A DNA stretch of 64,000 nucleotides. Source: Methylophilales bacterium 28-44-11 (GTDB lineage: Bacteria > Pseudomonadota > Gammaproteobacteria > Burkholderiales > Methylophilaceae). The stretch lies in contig NCGC01000001.1 of NCBI GenBank assembly GCA_002281475.1, forward strand, positions 21,264-85,263, written 5' to 3'. The notes beneath the pieces were generated by a model. It was not told the DNA's origin, made no database searches, and saw nothing but the letters and a program-made list of their open reading frames with translations. Shown in pieces: positions 61,976-64,000 of this stretch. The stretch's first letter is position 1; every line of letters begins with the position of its first letter. The translations under genes were made by a program, and so were the position numbers.

Positions 61976-63133
61976 TTATGCTGAAGTTTTAGCTGGTGCT
62001 TTAGCCGAAGCAAGTGGATGTGGAACCACCTCTGCACCTGGTCGAATCTTAATGAGGTTGTCGGCAATGACCTTATCTCCTGCTTTGAGCCCACCTAAGA
62101 TTACCCAATTTTTACCTTCCCAACCACCTTCTTGAATCGGCCTGATCGCTGCTACCACTTTGCCTGTTGCATCTTTTTCTGCAACGTAAACAAACTTGCC
62201 TTGATCATTTGTCTGCACCGAAGTTTGCGGTAAGATAAATACGCCATCGCGCGTCCCTGTTGTGATGCGCGCACGCACGAATTGACCGGGTAATAAATTA
62301 CGTTCTGCATTTTCAAATACAGCGCGCAATTGTTGTGTGCCCAACGCAGGGTCAATTTCACTGGCAGAGAAATTTAATTTTCCTGATTCGGGATGTTCAG
62401 TACCGTCTGGTAACAACAATTGAATGTTTTTCACATTACGACTGGTCAGTTGTCCTCCCAGAGCAGCCAATTCTGAATCAGACAAACTAAAACGTACCCA
62501 AATCGGCGACAATTGCACGATGGTCGTCAACAAACTTGTGTTGGCCGACACCAAAGCCCCTTCAGAAAATTCAAATCGACCAGCAATACCACTGGTAGGT
62601 GCTGTCACTGTGGTGTAAGACAAGTTTAATTTCGCTTCACGCAACATAGCTTCGTATTGCAACATGCTTGCTGACGCGACTGAATTGTCTGAAAGCGCAT
62701 TATCGAATTCACGTTGGCTAATAGATTGCGTCTCAAGCAAACCTTTTAAACGATCTGCCTCACGTTGCGTTTGTACAATGCGCGCTCTTTGTTGCGCCAA
62801 TTGCGCCTCAGCTTGTTGAACCGCAATCTGAAATGGCACTGGATCAATTAAAAACATGGTCTGCCCAGCTTTAATTGGCTCGCCCTCTTGGAACAATTTT
62901 TTTAATAAAATCCCGCCTACTCTAGGGCGCACCTCCACTTCTTTTGCACCCTCGGTTTGGGCGACGGCTTCAGCGCGAATTGGCACGGAAGTAGGTTGAG
63001 CTTCAATCACACCCACAGGTAAGGCCGGCATTGCAGCGCCAGTGTCTTGTTTTTGTTCGCCACAGGCTGAAATCAGCATGGCCAGCATCAAGATGAGTAA
63101 GGTGTGGGGGTAATAGGTTTTTGTTTTTGCCAT
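61976..63133 (-). CDS. RND efflux periplasmic adaptor (AcrA family)
   Basis: lipobox ISAC, EVRPRVGG, APTSG, LLPGQF. Confidence 0.95.
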   Translation of the reverse strand: MAKTKTYYPHTLLILMLAMLISACGEQKQDTGAAMPALPVGVIEAQPTSVPIRAEAVAQTEGAKEVEVRPRVGGILLKKLFQEGEPIKAGQTMFLIDPVPFQIAVQQAEAQLAQQRARIVQTQREADRLKGLLETQSISQREFDNALSDNSVASASMLQYEAMLREAKLNLSYTTVTAPTSGIAGRFEFSEGALVSANTSLLTTIVQLSPIWVRFSLSDSELAALGGQLTSRNVKNIQLLLPDGTEHPESGKLNFSASEIDPALGTQQLRAVFENAERNLLPGQFVRARITTGTRDGVFILPQTSVQTNDQGKFVYVAEKDATGKVVAAIRPIQEGGWEGKNWVILGGLKAGDKVIADNLIKIRPGAEVVPHPLASAKAPAKTSA

Positions 63134-63194
63134 AGCTGCCTCTAGATGAACGCTTTAATGAAGTTTACAATGTGCGTGAATTAAATGACTTGCA

Positions 63195-63241
63195 TACATA
63201 CAGTCATGAATGTATATTATATACAAACATGGATGTATGTA
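63195..63241. promoter_or_regulatory. two AcrR-type operator palindromes
   Basis: TACATACAGTCATGAATGTA (63195-63214) and TACAAACATGGATGTATGTA (63222-63241); resemble E. coli AcrR operator arms TACATACA/TGTATGTA. Confidence 0.8.
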
Positions 63242-63314
63242 AATAGTTTTTTCAAGCATTTGCTCCCTATTTACATTCTGAATGCTTCACATTCTCATTT
63301 ATTACACGGTAATT

Positions 63315-63950
63315 ATGGTACGAAAAACAAAAGAAGACGCAGGAATTACACGTCAGCGTATTATCAACGCAGCACGTGAAGTATTTTTGACAAAAGGGGT
63401 CAGCCGCACCAGCTTAGAACAAATCGCAACGCACGCCGGTGTAACGCGGGGCGCTGTGTATTGGCATTTTGAAAACAAATCTCAACTTTTTCATGCTATG
63501 CGCGAACAAGTGGTATTACCACTGATTGATCGAATGGATGGTACATTGTTGTTTGAAATCGACAAAGTGAATGATTCTGTCACCGACCCGTTGATGCGGA
63601 TTGAAAACTTCCTGCTGGGCACAATACAGATTTTGGATGAAGATTTGGAAACACGCCAAACTTACGAAATCATGATGTCCAAATGTGAATATGTGGGTGA
63701 ATTTTCTACAGTATTGCAACAAATCCTGAACAACTGCTCTAGCATCGTTGAAAAGTTAGAACAAGTGTACGTACGTGCATTACAAAAAGATTTGATCAAC
63801 CCATTACACAGCCCTGCCCAACTTGCGATGGACACCCATTTATTTTTTTCCGGCTTGCTACACATGTGGGTGAAAGATACCGATGGCACGCGTTTCAGAA
63901 ACCATGCACATGCACTCATTAGCTCGCACGTTAACCTCCGAAGAAAGTAA
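63315..63950 (+). CDS. acrR: TetR family repressor (AcrR-like)
   Basis: MVRKTKEDA..TR, GVTRGAVYWHF; divergent from the RND operon. Confidence 0.9.
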   Translation: MVRKTKEDAGITRQRIINAAREVFLTKGVSRTSLEQIATHAGVTRGAVYWHFENKSQLFHAMREQVVLPLIDRMDGTLLFEIDKVNDSVTDPLMRIENFLLGTIQILDEDLETRQTYEIMMSKCEYVGEFSTVLQQILNNCSSIVEKLEQVYVRALQKDLINPLHSPAQLAMDTHLFFSGLLHMWVKDTDGTRFRNHAHALISSHVNLRRK

Positions 63951-64000
63951 GTCCTTACTGCTTGAATTTAAACTGAATTTATTCAGGTAAATCCACAAAA

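Overview
The window is a mostly housekeeping segment of a betaproteobacterial chromosome. Gene order and protein style suggest Methylophilaceae (Methylotenera-like); this is inference. It holds a complete caa3-type cytochrome c oxidase operon with assembly genes, tRNA-Leu(CAA), queA, proS, a LemA/TPM cluster, yoaA-arfB-tsaB-rimI, ctpA, coq7, dacB, bioA, rlhA, pldA, groES/groEL (sigma32-like promoter plus CIRCE), ung, uvrD, thrB, polA and an AcrR-regulated RND efflux system. There is no CRISPR array, rRNA gene, integrase or transposase. Five things stand out. (1) An AT-rich islet behind groEL carries a decayed CsgG-like lipoprotein gene and a stand-alone 1374-aa NRPS. The NRPS is C-A-T fused to a multi-pass acyltransferase-3 (AT3) membrane domain, and its A domain has a Lys2/McyE-like D-P-R-H pocket, suggesting a one-protein system that aminoacylates the cell envelope. 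(2) The oxidase subunit I keeps the D-channel and metal ligands but has lost the K-channel residues and the Mg site. (3) An unannotated ~110-nt three-hairpin sRNA with an anti-Shine-Dalgarno loop lies behind a sigmaE-like promoter between ung and uvrD. (4) An internal deletion and frameshift in uvrD disconnects its C-terminal Tudor-like domain. (5) A catalytically eroded family-4 UDG sits in the tsaB-rimI operon.
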